Part shown: piece by piece, positions 38,481 to 47,828 of the stretch
How positions within the stretch are numbered: the first letter of the stretch is position 1
Layout of the letters: each line of letters begins with the position of its first letter
From: a virus
Length of the DNA: 64,000 nt
Reading direction: 5' to 3' (one strand)
IMG/VR virus record: IMGVR_UViG_3300023202_000068
Span: 32,001 to 96,000 of that record
Notes under the pieces: model-generated
Databases searched by the model: none
Told to the model about the DNA's origin: nothing
What the model saw: only the letters and a program-made list of their open reading frames with translations
Made by a program: the position numbers and the translations under genes

Positions 38481-39848
38481 ATGATCACAGATAACATAAT
38501 TCTACTAACAGATAGTTACAAAGTAACCCACTGGAAACAGTATAAACCTGGAACATCAAATGTGTATTCGTACTTCGAGTCACGTGGTGGATTATTCCCC
38601 GAAGTCGTATTTTTTGGGCTTCAGTATTATTTACAAGAGTATTTGTCAAAACCAGTGACAATGGAAATGATTGATGAAGCTGAAAGCTACTTCACAGGTC
38701 ACTTCGGAGACAAGTCACTATTTAACCGTGAGGCTTGGGAGTATATTGTAACTGAGCACGATGGTAAACTACCTATTAGAATCAAAGCTGTACCGGAAGG
38801 TACTGTTGTAAAAGTTAGCAACACCATGATGTCTGTTGAAGCCACTGACCCTAAGTGTTACTGGCTAACAAACTATATGGAAACAGTCTTATCACAAGTT
38901 TGGTATGGCTCTACAGTTGCTACATACTCACGTGAAATAAAGAAAGTTATTAATCAATATTTAGAAAAGACTGGAGATACAAGTGGTATTAATTTCAAAC
39001 TTCACGATTTTGGTTTTCGCGGAGTATCTTCTGTGGAGTCTTCAGGTGTTGGCGGTGCTGCTCACCTTGTTAACTTCATGGGAACTGATACGCTCTCCGC
39101 ACTGGTCGTTGCTAGAAAAAATTATTCCTCTGACATTGCTGGGTTCTCTATCCCTGCTTCTGAGCATAGCACTATGACAAGTTGGGGAGGACAGTACTCT
39201 GAGGTTGATGCGATGAGAAACATGATTAAACAGTATGGATCTTCTCCAATCTTCGCGTGCGTGTCTGACTCATATGATGTATACAGAGCTTGCAAAGAGT
39301 ATTGGGGTAAGCAGTTAAAAGACGATCTTATGGAAGTTGACGGGACTTTGGTTGTAAGGCCTGATTCTGGAACGCCGCACAAGGTAACGCTAGAGTGCAT
39401 TGAGCTATTGGGTGAAGCTTTTGGTTACAGCGTTAATGAAAAAAGTTACAAAGTCCTAGACCCTAAAGTTAGGCTCATTTGGGGTGACGGTATTGACTAC
39501 GACGGTGTAAGAAAGATCTTGTCTACCCTTGAGCAGAATGGCTGGAGCGCAGATAATATTGCTTTTGGAATGGGTGGAGGCTTGCTTCAAAAGCTTAACC
39601 GAGACACACAAAAGTTCGCGTTCAAATGCTCTAGTATGACTGACGAAAGAGGTAATGAGCACGATGTGTACAAAGCCCCTATCACCGATGGAGGTAAGAC
39701 CTCTAAGAAGGGTAGGATGAGTCTGGTAGAAGGCAAGACTGTCAAAAAGGACAATCACCCTGAAGATATGCTCAAAGTGGTATATGAGAATGGTGAGGTT
39801 AAGCTTACCACGACACTTGATGAGATTAGAGACAGAGCTAAGTTGTAA
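38481..39848 (+). CDS. nadV: nicotinamide phosphoribosyltransferase
   Basis: TDSYKVTH, LHDFGFRG, PASEHS, VVRPDSG, GMGGGLLQ. Confidence 0.95.
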   Translation: MITDNIILLTDSYKVTHWKQYKPGTSNVYSYFESRGGLFPEVVFFGLQYYLQEYLSKPVTMEMIDEAESYFTGHFGDKSLFNREAWEYIVTEHDGKLPIRIKAVPEGTVVKVSNTMMSVEATDPKCYWLTNYMETVLSQVWYGSTVATYSREIKKVINQYLEKTGDTSGINFKLHDFGFRGVSSVESSGVGGAAHLVNFMGTDTLSALVVARKNYSSDIAGFSIPASEHSTMTSWGGQYSEVDAMRNMIKQYGSSPIFACVSDSYDVYRACKEYWGKQLKDDLMEVDGTLVVRPDSGTPHKVTLECIELLGEAFGYSVNEKSYKVLDPKVRLIWGDGIDYDGVRKILSTLEQNGWSADNIAFGMGGGLLQKLNRDTQKFAFKCSSMTDERGNEHDVYKAPITDGGKTSKKGRMSLVEGKTVKKDNHPEDMLKVVYENGEVKLTTTLDEIRDRAKL

Positions 39849-39861
39849 TTATTACTAATAA

Positions 39862-39900
39862 ACACCGTCATTAGTATAAAAAACGTACTAATGACGGTGT
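39862..39900. terminator. 15-bp perfect inverted repeat (probable terminator/insulator)
   Basis: ACACCGTCATTAGTA-N9-TACTAATGACGGTGT. Confidence 0.65.
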
Positions 39901-39924
39901 ATTGCGTTTTCCAGTCCCTGCCGC

Positions 39925-39932
39925 AATCTTTA
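39925..39932 (+). promoter_or_regulatory. putative late promoter motif AATCTTTA
   Basis: Intergenic copy before the tape measure-like gene. Confidence 0.6.
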
Positions 39933-39984
39933 ATCTATATAGTGTACCCAAACACTTCCTATCAAGGCTAGGGTTATTTTTTCT

Positions 39985-42501
39985 ATGGCAGAAGACAAAA
40001 AAGCAACATTTTCTATAAGACCTGGTATCGACACCTCTGAGTTCGACAAGGGCATGGCTGATATTCAGCGTAAACTGCGTAATTTACAGCAAGAATCGCG
40101 TAGAGCTGAAAATATTACAAAAACACTAGGCGCTGACCCAGTATTAGGCCCTGCTGCGAAAAAATACTTCGACCCACAAGCGGAGCTTCAAAGTCTCAGG
40201 CAAAAAGATCAAGAACTTACGAAAGAATTTCAAAAAGAACAAAACAGGCTCAACCAGAAGATGGCTCGTGTTAAAGAGCTGGTAGGACTAGAGGGTGAGC
40301 TTTCCAAGAAACAACAAGAAAGACTAGATCAGCTTAAGGCAGAAACTGCAGAGATAGAAAAGCAACAAAAATTGAGAGTTGCTGAAGCTGGTGGTGTAAG
40401 ACAAGCCCGAATGGATATGGGAGACACTACTGTCCCAGGAATGCCAGAACAACCTGGTAAACCTGGTGTGGGCTCTACTATCATGGGTGTCGGACGTAGT
40501 ATGCTTGGCGGTATCGGAGCAGCCGGTTTAGTTCAAGGTATTAGTAATGCAATTGTTACTGGTATTGGCGACATCATCTCAAGAGATCGAGTCATATCTC
40601 AAGCAAGAGGCGGCGCACTTAGAGGCGGAGTCAACCAAGACATTAGAGCACAATATCAAGGTCGGGGTTCAGAAGCTTTCTTCTTTGCAGAAGAGCGTGC
40701 GCAAGCTATGCGTATGGCACAGAGTGAGGCGGAAGGCGAGAGAGTCAAGACAGGAGTTGGAACTCTTGGTTCTATAGGTGCTGGTATGGCAGGAGGAGCC
40801 GTTGCCGGTTCTTTCTTTGGTGGTATCGGTGCAATCCCAGGCGCTGTAATTGGTGGTGGATTAGCTCTTGGAGCTAGAATGGTAGGAAGTAGTCGGGCAA
40901 GAAATCAAATATTTGACCCAACACGTTTTGGCGCTGAACTAAACGAAGAGGCTATGCAGAGGTACAATGCCAACCTTGGTGCCCTTAAAGAACAAAATAT
41001 TAACAAAACATTAGCTGGAGAAGAGTTCTTTGGTAGAACTAGACAAATGTCTCAGCTTGAAAGAAGTTTAGGGATTAACACTAGAACATTAGTTGGCGAT
41101 GCTGAACAACAGTTCGACGCTTCATCAATTATGAATCTACCTGCAGGTCAGTCTATGTACGGTGGAGGCAAAAGCTTTAGCGAGTTGCAAAGAGAAGGTC
41201 AAGCTAGAGTAGAGCAGGCAAACGCCGGTAGACAGCGTGGATTACTACAGACTCAAATGGACGTAGGTTTGAGAATGGGAGGTCTAGCGTTTGAAGAAGA
41301 TGTTGTACAAGAAAGAATGCAAGGAATACTTGGTGCTGGTGGAACCACTTCTGCGGCGCGTGGTCTTGCAGGTGTTTCAGAAGGAATGCGCAGGCAGTTT
41401 GATTTAGGAAATGCAGATCAACTCGTAGGAAGAATTACAGGTCAAGCAGGAATGGAAGCCGGACAGACAGAAGACCAGATGAAGCGTTTTTTAGCCGAGG
41501 CACAAGCGGCTGGTATTGAACTATCTGGAATGCCGAAAGAACTTGAAAGATTTACCGAGATGTCCTCTAAACTTATCACTGCAGGTGGTGGTGTTGCAAG
41601 CGGTGCAGGAGAACTTGCAGCAGCAGCCCTAATAGGAACTGATGCCTCAGCAATATCTGCAGCAGGCGGTGCTACACAGAGATTTATGCGAAGAGGAAAA
41701 CAAGCAGGTGGTTTTGAAGGCCAAATGGGTATGGGTTTCTTACAAGGTGACCTGTCTGAGTTTGGCTTTAAAGGAAAACTCGACTCCGATCAAATCAACC
41801 TACTAAACCAAACCTCATATGGCGAGGCTCGTGACGAAGACTTTTTAGCAATCGGTGAAAGTTTAGATATTTCTCCAGAACAAGCGGAAGACCTACTAAG
41901 ACAAAAAGATCTGTTTAAGCAAACCAGAACGGGTAGAGAGCGTGACGCTATTGGTGAGCTAGGTTCTTTTATGAAGGAACAAGGGTTTACTTCAGTAGAA
42001 GAAGCGGAAAATGCCGAAGGCGATATAGGTAAGCGTTCTAGAGAATTGCTGATGAAAGTCAGGGAAACAAGAGCGGCTTCAATGGGTACGCAGTTCACCG
42101 GAATGAGTGGTGACGAACAGCGTGCAGATATAAATCAATTGGCTAGGTTGTCGGCAGGCTTTGAGGTTCCAAAAGAATTAGATATGTCTGGTGTAAACGC
42201 ACAACTTCAAGCTCCAGGCTCTACATCAGAGCAAGACAGAGGTGCGAGGGCAGAGAGTGACAAGGTAAGACTAGATAATTTAGCCAACAACCTAGACTCA
42301 CTTGCTGAGGCAGCCAAGAAACACGCTGAAGAGGCAGATATCTTTACCCTACAGATGCAAAAGTTTAATGAAGCCCTATCTAAAGCCAACGACTCCGGTG
42401 CACTTAGTACTTTAGCCGATGACTTAGAATCTATTCGAGACAGTATTCAGCGAAACAGACAGTCTGGCGGAAACATACCTTCAGGCGCACCAGGAGATTA
42501 A
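39985..42501 (+). CDS. tail tape measure protein (putative)
   Basis: 838 aa, A/G-rich and helical; N-terminal IDTSEFDKGM plus coiled coil; glycine-zipper hydrophobic segment; precedes hub and spike. Confidence 0.7.
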   Translation: MAEDKKATFSIRPGIDTSEFDKGMADIQRKLRNLQQESRRAENITKTLGADPVLGPAAKKYFDPQAELQSLRQKDQELTKEFQKEQNRLNQKMARVKELVGLEGELSKKQQERLDQLKAETAEIEKQQKLRVAEAGGVRQARMDMGDTTVPGMPEQPGKPGVGSTIMGVGRSMLGGIGAAGLVQGISNAIVTGIGDIISRDRVISQARGGALRGGVNQDIRAQYQGRGSEAFFFAEERAQAMRMAQSEAEGERVKTGVGTLGSIGAGMAGGAVAGSFFGGIGAIPGAVIGGGLALGARMVGSSRARNQIFDPTRFGAELNEEAMQRYNANLGALKEQNINKTLAGEEFFGRTRQMSQLERSLGINTRTLVGDAEQQFDASSIMNLPAGQSMYGGGKSFSELQREGQARVEQANAGRQRGLLQTQMDVGLRMGGLAFEEDVVQERMQGILGAGGTTSAARGLAGVSEGMRRQFDLGNADQLVGRITGQAGMEAGQTEDQMKRFLAEAQAAGIELSGMPKELERFTEMSSKLITAGGGVASGAGELAAAALIGTDASAISAAGGATQRFMRRGKQAGGFEGQMGMGFLQGDLSEFGFKGKLDSDQINLLNQTSYGEARDEDFLAIGESLDISPEQAEDLLRQKDLFKQTRTGRERDAIGELGSFMKEQGFTSVEEAENAEGDIGKRSRELLMKVRETRAASMGTQFTGMSGDEQRADINQLARLSAGFEVPKELDMSGVNAQLQAPGSTSEQDRGARAESDKVRLDNLANNLDSLAEAAKKHAEEADIFTLQMQKFNEALSKANDSGALSTLADDLESIRDSIQRNRQSGGNIPSGAPGD

Positions 42502-42503
42502 GA

Positions 42504-44372
42504 TTGGGATATGTAAAGGATATTAGGCAAAACGCTTTTGATTCACAACAGACTTCTCCAGCTTACGTCGTTACCTTCGTGCGATGGTCTAATAGAGACA
42601 CATATAACTATGACAACAACGGACCTCTTGACACTAGAGCGCCACTGGTCGTTGTTAACGATGCTTTAGATATAAATATTTCAAATACAAAACAAGGAAT
42701 GTCCCCGACCTGCTCTATTCAATTAAAAGGTGGAGACCTTAACTACGCAACTGCAGTACATCCAGGCGACTTTGTGATGGTTAATATGTTGAATTGGCCT
42801 AAAGACGCTATGAGAGTTAGACAAAATGCGCTAGCTCGAAAAGCTATAAACAAGGTAGGTGACGGATTTAAGGGTATGTTTAAGATACAAAGTGTTGTAA
42901 AAAATGTAACAACTCAGAAAAACGGAATGAAGACACTCACCTACTCTATTACTGCTGCAGGCTTTACAGAGTTCAACAATACTATTTATTATAACCCAGC
43001 AATTGCCGCTGCTTTTTCAGACAGGGGTACAAACCTATATCAAATACTAATTGGTGAGTTTTACCAGGACAAGTTAAAGACAAATTCTGAAGTTCAAATT
43101 ATCATGAAGGATTTGTTTAAGATATTGTTGGGAAAGTCTAGTAAAGATAGAGATGTGAAGATAAAGAACTTTGGAAATAAGCACTTTAAGGTCCCAACAC
43201 TTCTAGGTCAGCTTTTAGGTAAAAATAAAGCCCAGTATGCAAATGAGATTTATAATTATATCCTAGGTATCTGGACTAACGATACTCAGGCTAATACTAA
43301 TGATTCAAATATAGCTCTAGGCTTTAACCCAAAAATAGAACCAGACCCAGAAGGTAACTTCTTTAGAACACCAAACTCTATCTTGGGTAACAAAGAAGTG
43401 TTTATAGAGAACTGGAATAATTCTACGGCTTGGTCAATATTACAACAAAATCTAAACTCAGTATTAAATGAAATGTATACAACTTACCGTGTAGCTCCAG
43501 ATGGCTCTGTTCAACCCACTGTGGTAGTTAGACAAAAGCCGTTTACTACGAAACATTTTTACAATCAGCGATCTAAGTTAGTACCTAACTATCAACTTAC
43601 TTTATTTGAAGAGCTTCCTAGATGGAAAATATCAGCTAACCTCATGCTACAACAGCAAACAAGTAAGAACGACGCGGCTAGATTTAATTTTGTACAAGTT
43701 TACACAAGATCATTGGCTGATGTTGCTGAGCAAGATATGGCTCAACAGATTTCACAAAACAACTTTGTAGAAGACCCAGGTGATATACAAAGAAATGGAT
43801 TAAGACCATATGTGGTTAGATCTAACTTTGATTTTCCTACGAAGGACCGGAATAAGCGAATTAGGGCACCAGAGTGGGCTAAAATTGTCAGCGACTGGAT
43901 TATTGATGGTCACTTAAAAGAGTCTGGTACTTTTGTATTCTATGGTATTCAAGATCCTATCTCTGTTGGTGACAATATTGAGTTTGATGACATAGTTTAT
44001 CAAATTGAAACTATAAATCACAAGATGAACATAGCTCCTAACGGAACGAAGACTTGGAGAACTACAGTAAATGTTTCATACGGTATGAGTAAAGGATCTT
44101 CTGTTAAAGGCCCTGTTTATGCCAACATGGAACATACGGATGCATACACAGAGCGAATTGAAGACTTTGAAAATGAAAGAATTCTACCAGGTATAGGTGA
44201 TACCCAAGACCTACCAGGTCGATCTTTGGGTGAAGAAACTAAAGAGACTAGGCAAGGTAGCTTCACACCTCCAGATTTAAGAAAGACTAGGCAGAAGACG
44301 CAGGAATCTAATACAGGACAAGACTCAAACTTTCAACAAAATGAAGATGGAAAGTCTAGGAAGAAAACATGA
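42504..44372 (+). CDS. baseplate hub protein (gp27/late-control-D-like)
   Basis: FKGMFKIQSV...DIQRNGLRP...ISVGDNI...YQIETINH; synteny. Confidence 0.65.
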   Translation: MGYVKDIRQNAFDSQQTSPAYVVTFVRWSNRDTYNYDNNGPLDTRAPLVVVNDALDINISNTKQGMSPTCSIQLKGGDLNYATAVHPGDFVMVNMLNWPKDAMRVRQNALARKAINKVGDGFKGMFKIQSVVKNVTTQKNGMKTLTYSITAAGFTEFNNTIYYNPAIAAAFSDRGTNLYQILIGEFYQDKLKTNSEVQIIMKDLFKILLGKSSKDRDVKIKNFGNKHFKVPTLLGQLLGKNKAQYANEIYNYILGIWTNDTQANTNDSNIALGFNPKIEPDPEGNFFRTPNSILGNKEVFIENWNNSTAWSILQQNLNSVLNEMYTTYRVAPDGSVQPTVVVRQKPFTTKHFYNQRSKLVPNYQLTLFEELPRWKISANLMLQQQTSKNDAARFNFVQVYTRSLADVAEQDMAQQISQNNFVEDPGDIQRNGLRPYVVRSNFDFPTKDRNKRIRAPEWAKIVSDWIIDGHLKESGTFVFYGIQDPISVGDNIEFDDIVYQIETINHKMNIAPNGTKTWRTTVNVSYGMSKGSSVKGPVYANMEHTDAYTERIEDFENERILPGIGDTQDLPGRSLGEETKETRQGSFTPPDLRKTRQKTQESNTGQDSNFQQNEDGKSRKKT

Positions 44373-45418
44373 GTATAAACTACAAACCAATTCTACCAGC
44401 AGGACTTGTTAGGTCTCGAAACAACGAGACAGAGGCAAACTTTGGATTGCGTGTTAAGAATAACATGTCTTTAAAGAACGGTGTGGTTTTAGAGGTATTA
44501 GAAACCAGCGATGAAAAGAACCAATCCAAGCTAGTCCCTGAATACAACGTCATGGTAATTGAGGACGGCAACACAGCTATATATAAGAACATTATTGCAG
44601 TAGACGGTTTTGGTGGTAACGCCGACTACATGCAAAAGAAGTATAGAGCCCCGAAAGACCCTAAGAAGGTTCAACAGTCTGGTTCATTCAAAGATCAAGA
44701 CGGATCAATTGTACTACTACTATGTCTTGACGGTAATGCTGAAAAAGCTGTAATACTTTCATCAATATCCCACCCTAGTAAGATAGAAGACGACATAGTT
44801 CTTTCAAAAGAAAAAGGGCATCACCTAGAGGGTGAGTTCAACGGTCTTTTCTGGTCAATTGATAAGGAAGGTGCGCTGCGCATTGAGTTTAAGTCGGCTA
44901 CAGAGGTTGATGGAACTCCGAAGGACGAAGAAGCAGGCGGAACCTTTTTAACCATAGAAAAAGACGGCTCTGTACAGATTAATACAGGCGAAGACGGCGA
45001 AGTCATTAGAATAGATAAGACTACAAAAGACATCTCCATAACTGCTGGGAATAACGTATCAGCTAAAGCCGAGACAGATGTTAATATTGAGTCTGGAGCT
45101 AACACTGGTGTTACAGTAGGTGCTGACTTAGCGGCAAGTATAAGCGGAAGTGCTGCTATTACTATCGGCTCTAGTCTAGAACTTAAAGCTGAGAGTGATG
45201 TAAAAGTTATATCACCAACTATCGAGATCACAGCAGATACCTTGTTTAAGGTGCAGTCTCAACAAATTAACTTAATGGGTGAAACAGTTTTAGTAGGTGG
45301 AGCAGGCGCTCCTGCGTTAGTACTAAGCACTCAATTTTTAGGTACGGGTAATTTAGGTGCTCCGGTCATCTCACAGGCGATTGGACCATTTAGTAGTAAG
45401 GTGCTAATCGCTACATAG
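44369..45418 (+). CDS. baseplate spike protein (gpV/gp5-like)
   Basis: N-terminal OB-fold-like region (VLLLCLDG..KAVI) followed by short beta-helix-like repeats. Confidence 0.7.
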   Translation: MSINYKPILPAGLVRSRNNETEANFGLRVKNNMSLKNGVVLEVLETSDEKNQSKLVPEYNVMVIEDGNTAIYKNIIAVDGFGGNADYMQKKYRAPKDPKKVQQSGSFKDQDGSIVLLLCLDGNAEKAVILSSISHPSKIEDDIVLSKEKGHHLEGEFNGLFWSIDKEGALRIEFKSATEVDGTPKDEEAGGTFLTIEKDGSVQINTGEDGEVIRIDKTTKDISITAGNNVSAKAETDVNIESGANTGVTVGADLAASISGSAAITIGSSLELKAESDVKVISPTIEITADTLFKVQSQQINLMGETVLVGGAGAPALVLSTQFLGTGNLGAPVISQAIGPFSSKVLIAT

Positions 45419-45564
45419 GAGGGGAAAGTGAATGAAGCCATACAAAAAAAGACACCATCAATGGAAAATGAATTACGACAAGAAGCCGATGGGCAAAGAA
45501 AGAAGATTTGTGGAGAAAAGTGTGCGTGCCAGTGCAAAACAAGAGATAAAAAGAGAGATGAAAA

Positions 45565-46071
45565 ATGATGACCTATATGATAATAGGGATGCTGATGGTC
45601 GCAGCGTTTCGAATATTCGACAAAAAGACCGTTAGAGTTGAGTGGCAGGCTATTGGAGGCTTTCTTGGCTTCATGGCTGTTGTAACTTTTTTAAGAATAT
45701 CAATGTACGATTACGTACACATGGCAGACCCAGACTTTATACCAAAAATGCACGGGGCTTTACTTGAAATGCCCAAGATCATGTTTTCACTGGTTTGGTG
45801 GGAGGATGGTTTTTACGTACTCCCTATTGTATTGGCGTTTAGATATCTGCCAAAGAAGATTGCTATAGCTTTCGCAATTTTTATGTCTGCTTGGTTTGGT
45901 ACAGGACACCTTTACCAAGGTATCAGTGGTGTATTTATTACATCATTATATCCATACTTAGTAGCCTATCGCTTTGGAAAGAAGTATGGTTACGGCACGG
46001 TTATGGTCGGTCACGTTCTTTATGACTATATTACATACTACACAGTTATCGTTGCACCACTCTTGCTTTAG
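45565..46071 (+). CDS. CPBP/Abi family intramembrane glutamic protease
   Basis: Multi-TM; WEDGFY, FGTGHLYQG, GHVLYD. Confidence 0.75.
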   Translation: MMTYMIIGMLMVAAFRIFDKKTVRVEWQAIGGFLGFMAVVTFLRISMYDYVHMADPDFIPKMHGALLEMPKIMFSLVWWEDGFYVLPIVLAFRYLPKKIAIAFAIFMSAWFGTGHLYQGISGVFITSLYPYLVAYRFGKKYGYGTVMVGHVLYDYITYYTVIVAPLLL

Positions 46072-46080
46072 TGGTATATT
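46052..46080 (+). promoter_or_regulatory. sigma70-type promoter for sRNA-A
   Basis: TTGCAC-17 bp-TATATT with extended -10 TG. Confidence 0.6.
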
Positions 46081-46086
46081 ATAAAT

Positions 46087-46156
46087 AAGACTGGCTTTTT
46101 TCATCTAGTCTCCTTTGGGTAACCCCTGTCGATTTAATGTTGACAGGGGTTTTTTT
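46087..46156 (+). ncRNA. candidate anti-RBS small RNA A
   Basis: Promoter, then UUUUUUCAUCUAGUCUCCUUUG, then terminator; no plus-strand ORF. Confidence 0.5.
46121..46156 (+). terminator. intrinsic terminator whose 3' arm contains the -35 of the next promoter
   Basis: AACCCCTGTCGA-N7-TTGACAGGGGTT-TTTTT; TTGACA (46140)-17 bp-TACGAT (46163). Confidence 0.8.
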
Positions 46157-46217
46157 ATTAGATACGATAGAAATGATGGTATCTAACAATAACAAACATA
46201 TATAAAGGAGAAATTAT

Positions 46218-47165
46218 ATGAAAAAATTACTATTACTGTGTATTACAGTAATGGCAGCAGGTTGTGCTAAAGATGGTACAGTGCGATTGCCAGACCTTGG
46301 TCCTGAAGTAAAACTACTTCAAGCCAATGATGAACTTCAAGACATGAGACTCGATAGTCTTGAAATTAGAGTAACAGATCTTGAGTCGAGAATGTCAGAT
46401 GCAGAAGACGCTATTGACGCTAACGAAGAGAAAATCTCTGAGCTTTGTGATTCTGTTGCAGATCTAGAGGAAGACCTTGACGCATTGAGATCAGAACTTC
46501 GATCAGAAGTTAGAAGTCTTCGTCGTGCCGATAGACAACAGAGACGCACACTACGTAGAAAAGTACGTAAATTGCGCATGAAGTTGTTGGCAGAAATGCG
46601 GTCTCGACAATCTGCAGATCAAGCATTGCAGAGAGAAATCGATAGTTTAGAGCGCACAGTTCGTCGTAACACTGCTATTCAGTCTCTAATCAACGGCTTC
46701 CTAGCATACGGTCTATATCAGACTAATCAGCGTATCGATCAGTTGCAATCTAGAATCGCTAGAGCCCTTTCTGATCTAAATAGTCGTGTTGGAGTTTTAG
46801 AGAGCGAAGTTACTGATATCCAAAATAACATCACAAGAATTGCTTCAGCTATTAGAGGTATTTACACTAGAGTTGGCGAATTGGAAAGCAGCATGATCAG
46901 TGTTGATGAGCAATGTGACGGTAGCTACCTACTCAATACTCCAGACGGTACTTTCGGTATTGGCTATGAAACTCGTGAAGTTACGGAAAACTTTAGCATT
47001 GGCGACACAGTTCAATACTTTGATTGCGAACTTACAGTTCGTGGAAGGTGTTTTAAAGGACAAAATCGATCACTTACTATTAGTGACAGCGGTAGCGTTA
47101 CTTTTGACGTAATCGACGACGTAATGCTTATGGAAATTCCAGCACCTACTTGTGAGGGGGAATAA
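46218..47165 (+). CDS. long coiled-coil lipoprotein
   Basis: MKKLLLLCITVMAAGC lipobox; ~190 aa of heptads; Cys-containing beta C-terminal domain. Confidence 0.75.
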   Translation: MKKLLLLCITVMAAGCAKDGTVRLPDLGPEVKLLQANDELQDMRLDSLEIRVTDLESRMSDAEDAIDANEEKISELCDSVADLEEDLDALRSELRSEVRSLRRADRQQRRTLRRKVRKLRMKLLAEMRSRQSADQALQREIDSLERTVRRNTAIQSLINGFLAYGLYQTNQRIDQLQSRIARALSDLNSRVGVLESEVTDIQNNITRIASAIRGIYTRVGELESSMISVDEQCDGSYLLNTPDGTFGIGYETREVTENFSIGDTVQYFDCELTVRGRCFKGQNRSLTISDSGSVTFDVIDDVMLMEIPAPTCEGE

Positions 47166-47167
47166 TC

Positions 47168-47587
47168 ATGAAAGCACTATTTTTAGCACTCACACTAATG
47201 GTAACTCCAGCTTTTGGGTTTGAAGTACCTAAAGATGCGGTTATTAAGGTTTACGATAAGAGCGGAAAGCAAATTGGTGAAATGAAGCGGTCTGAGTATA
47301 AAGTAGTAAAACTAGGTACATCAAAAGTAAAGATTGTTGAGAAAAGAGTTGAAGTACCTGTTCAAAAGATTCGCAAAGTTAAACACCACAAGTCTGTAAT
47401 TGTACACGCAGGCGCAGGACCAAACGGACTTAGGGCAAGAAATAACGGAGAAGAGTTTGTAGTAAGAGAAAGACAGAGACCAGTCGGAGGATTGACTGGA
47501 TGTGTGTCTGAAAATGGTACTGGTATTTGTGCTAGCGCATTTACTAACGAGACGCTAACTCTCGGTATCAAATTTGATTTTGATTAA
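47168..47587 (+). CDS. exported protein with C-terminal amphipathic beta strands (outer-membrane candidate)
   Basis: Signal PAFG; ends FTNETLTLGIKFDFD; paralog of 50478. Confidence 0.55.
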   Translation: MKALFLALTLMVTPAFGFEVPKDAVIKVYDKSGKQIGEMKRSEYKVVKLGTSKVKIVEKRVEVPVQKIRKVKHHKSVIVHAGAGPNGLRARNNGEEFVVRERQRPVGGLTGCVSENGTGICASAFTNETLTLGIKFDFD

Positions 47588-47594
47588 TAAACAT

Positions 47595-47667
47595 GATGCT
47601 GTAGCTCAGTTGGTAGAGCAATGGATTGATAAACCATAGGACGGGGGTTCAAGTCCCTCCAGCATTG
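47595..47667 (+). tRNA. tRNA-Ile(GAT)
   Basis: GATGCTG/CAGCATT acceptor; GCTC-AGTTGGTA-GAGC D arm; TTGATAA anticodon loop; GGGGG-TTCAAGT-CCCTC T arm; CCA not encoded. Confidence 0.85.
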
Positions 47668-47770
47668 GTTCTGCCGTTGGCAATTATCTAGGATACTGTA
47701 TTGCTGCAGCCTAGTGAGCCGCAGGTAGTTTAGCCGAACCCATAGGTACAGACAGCAATTGAACTATGGG

Positions 47771-47818
47771 GCTGTGATGTGTTAGGCTTGTAAAAACACC
47801 ATCACAGCACTTTTTTTT
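47771..47818 (+). terminator. intrinsic terminator
   Basis: GCTGTGATG...CATCACAGC-AC-T8. Confidence 0.7.
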
Positions 47819-47828
47819 AGGAGGAATA

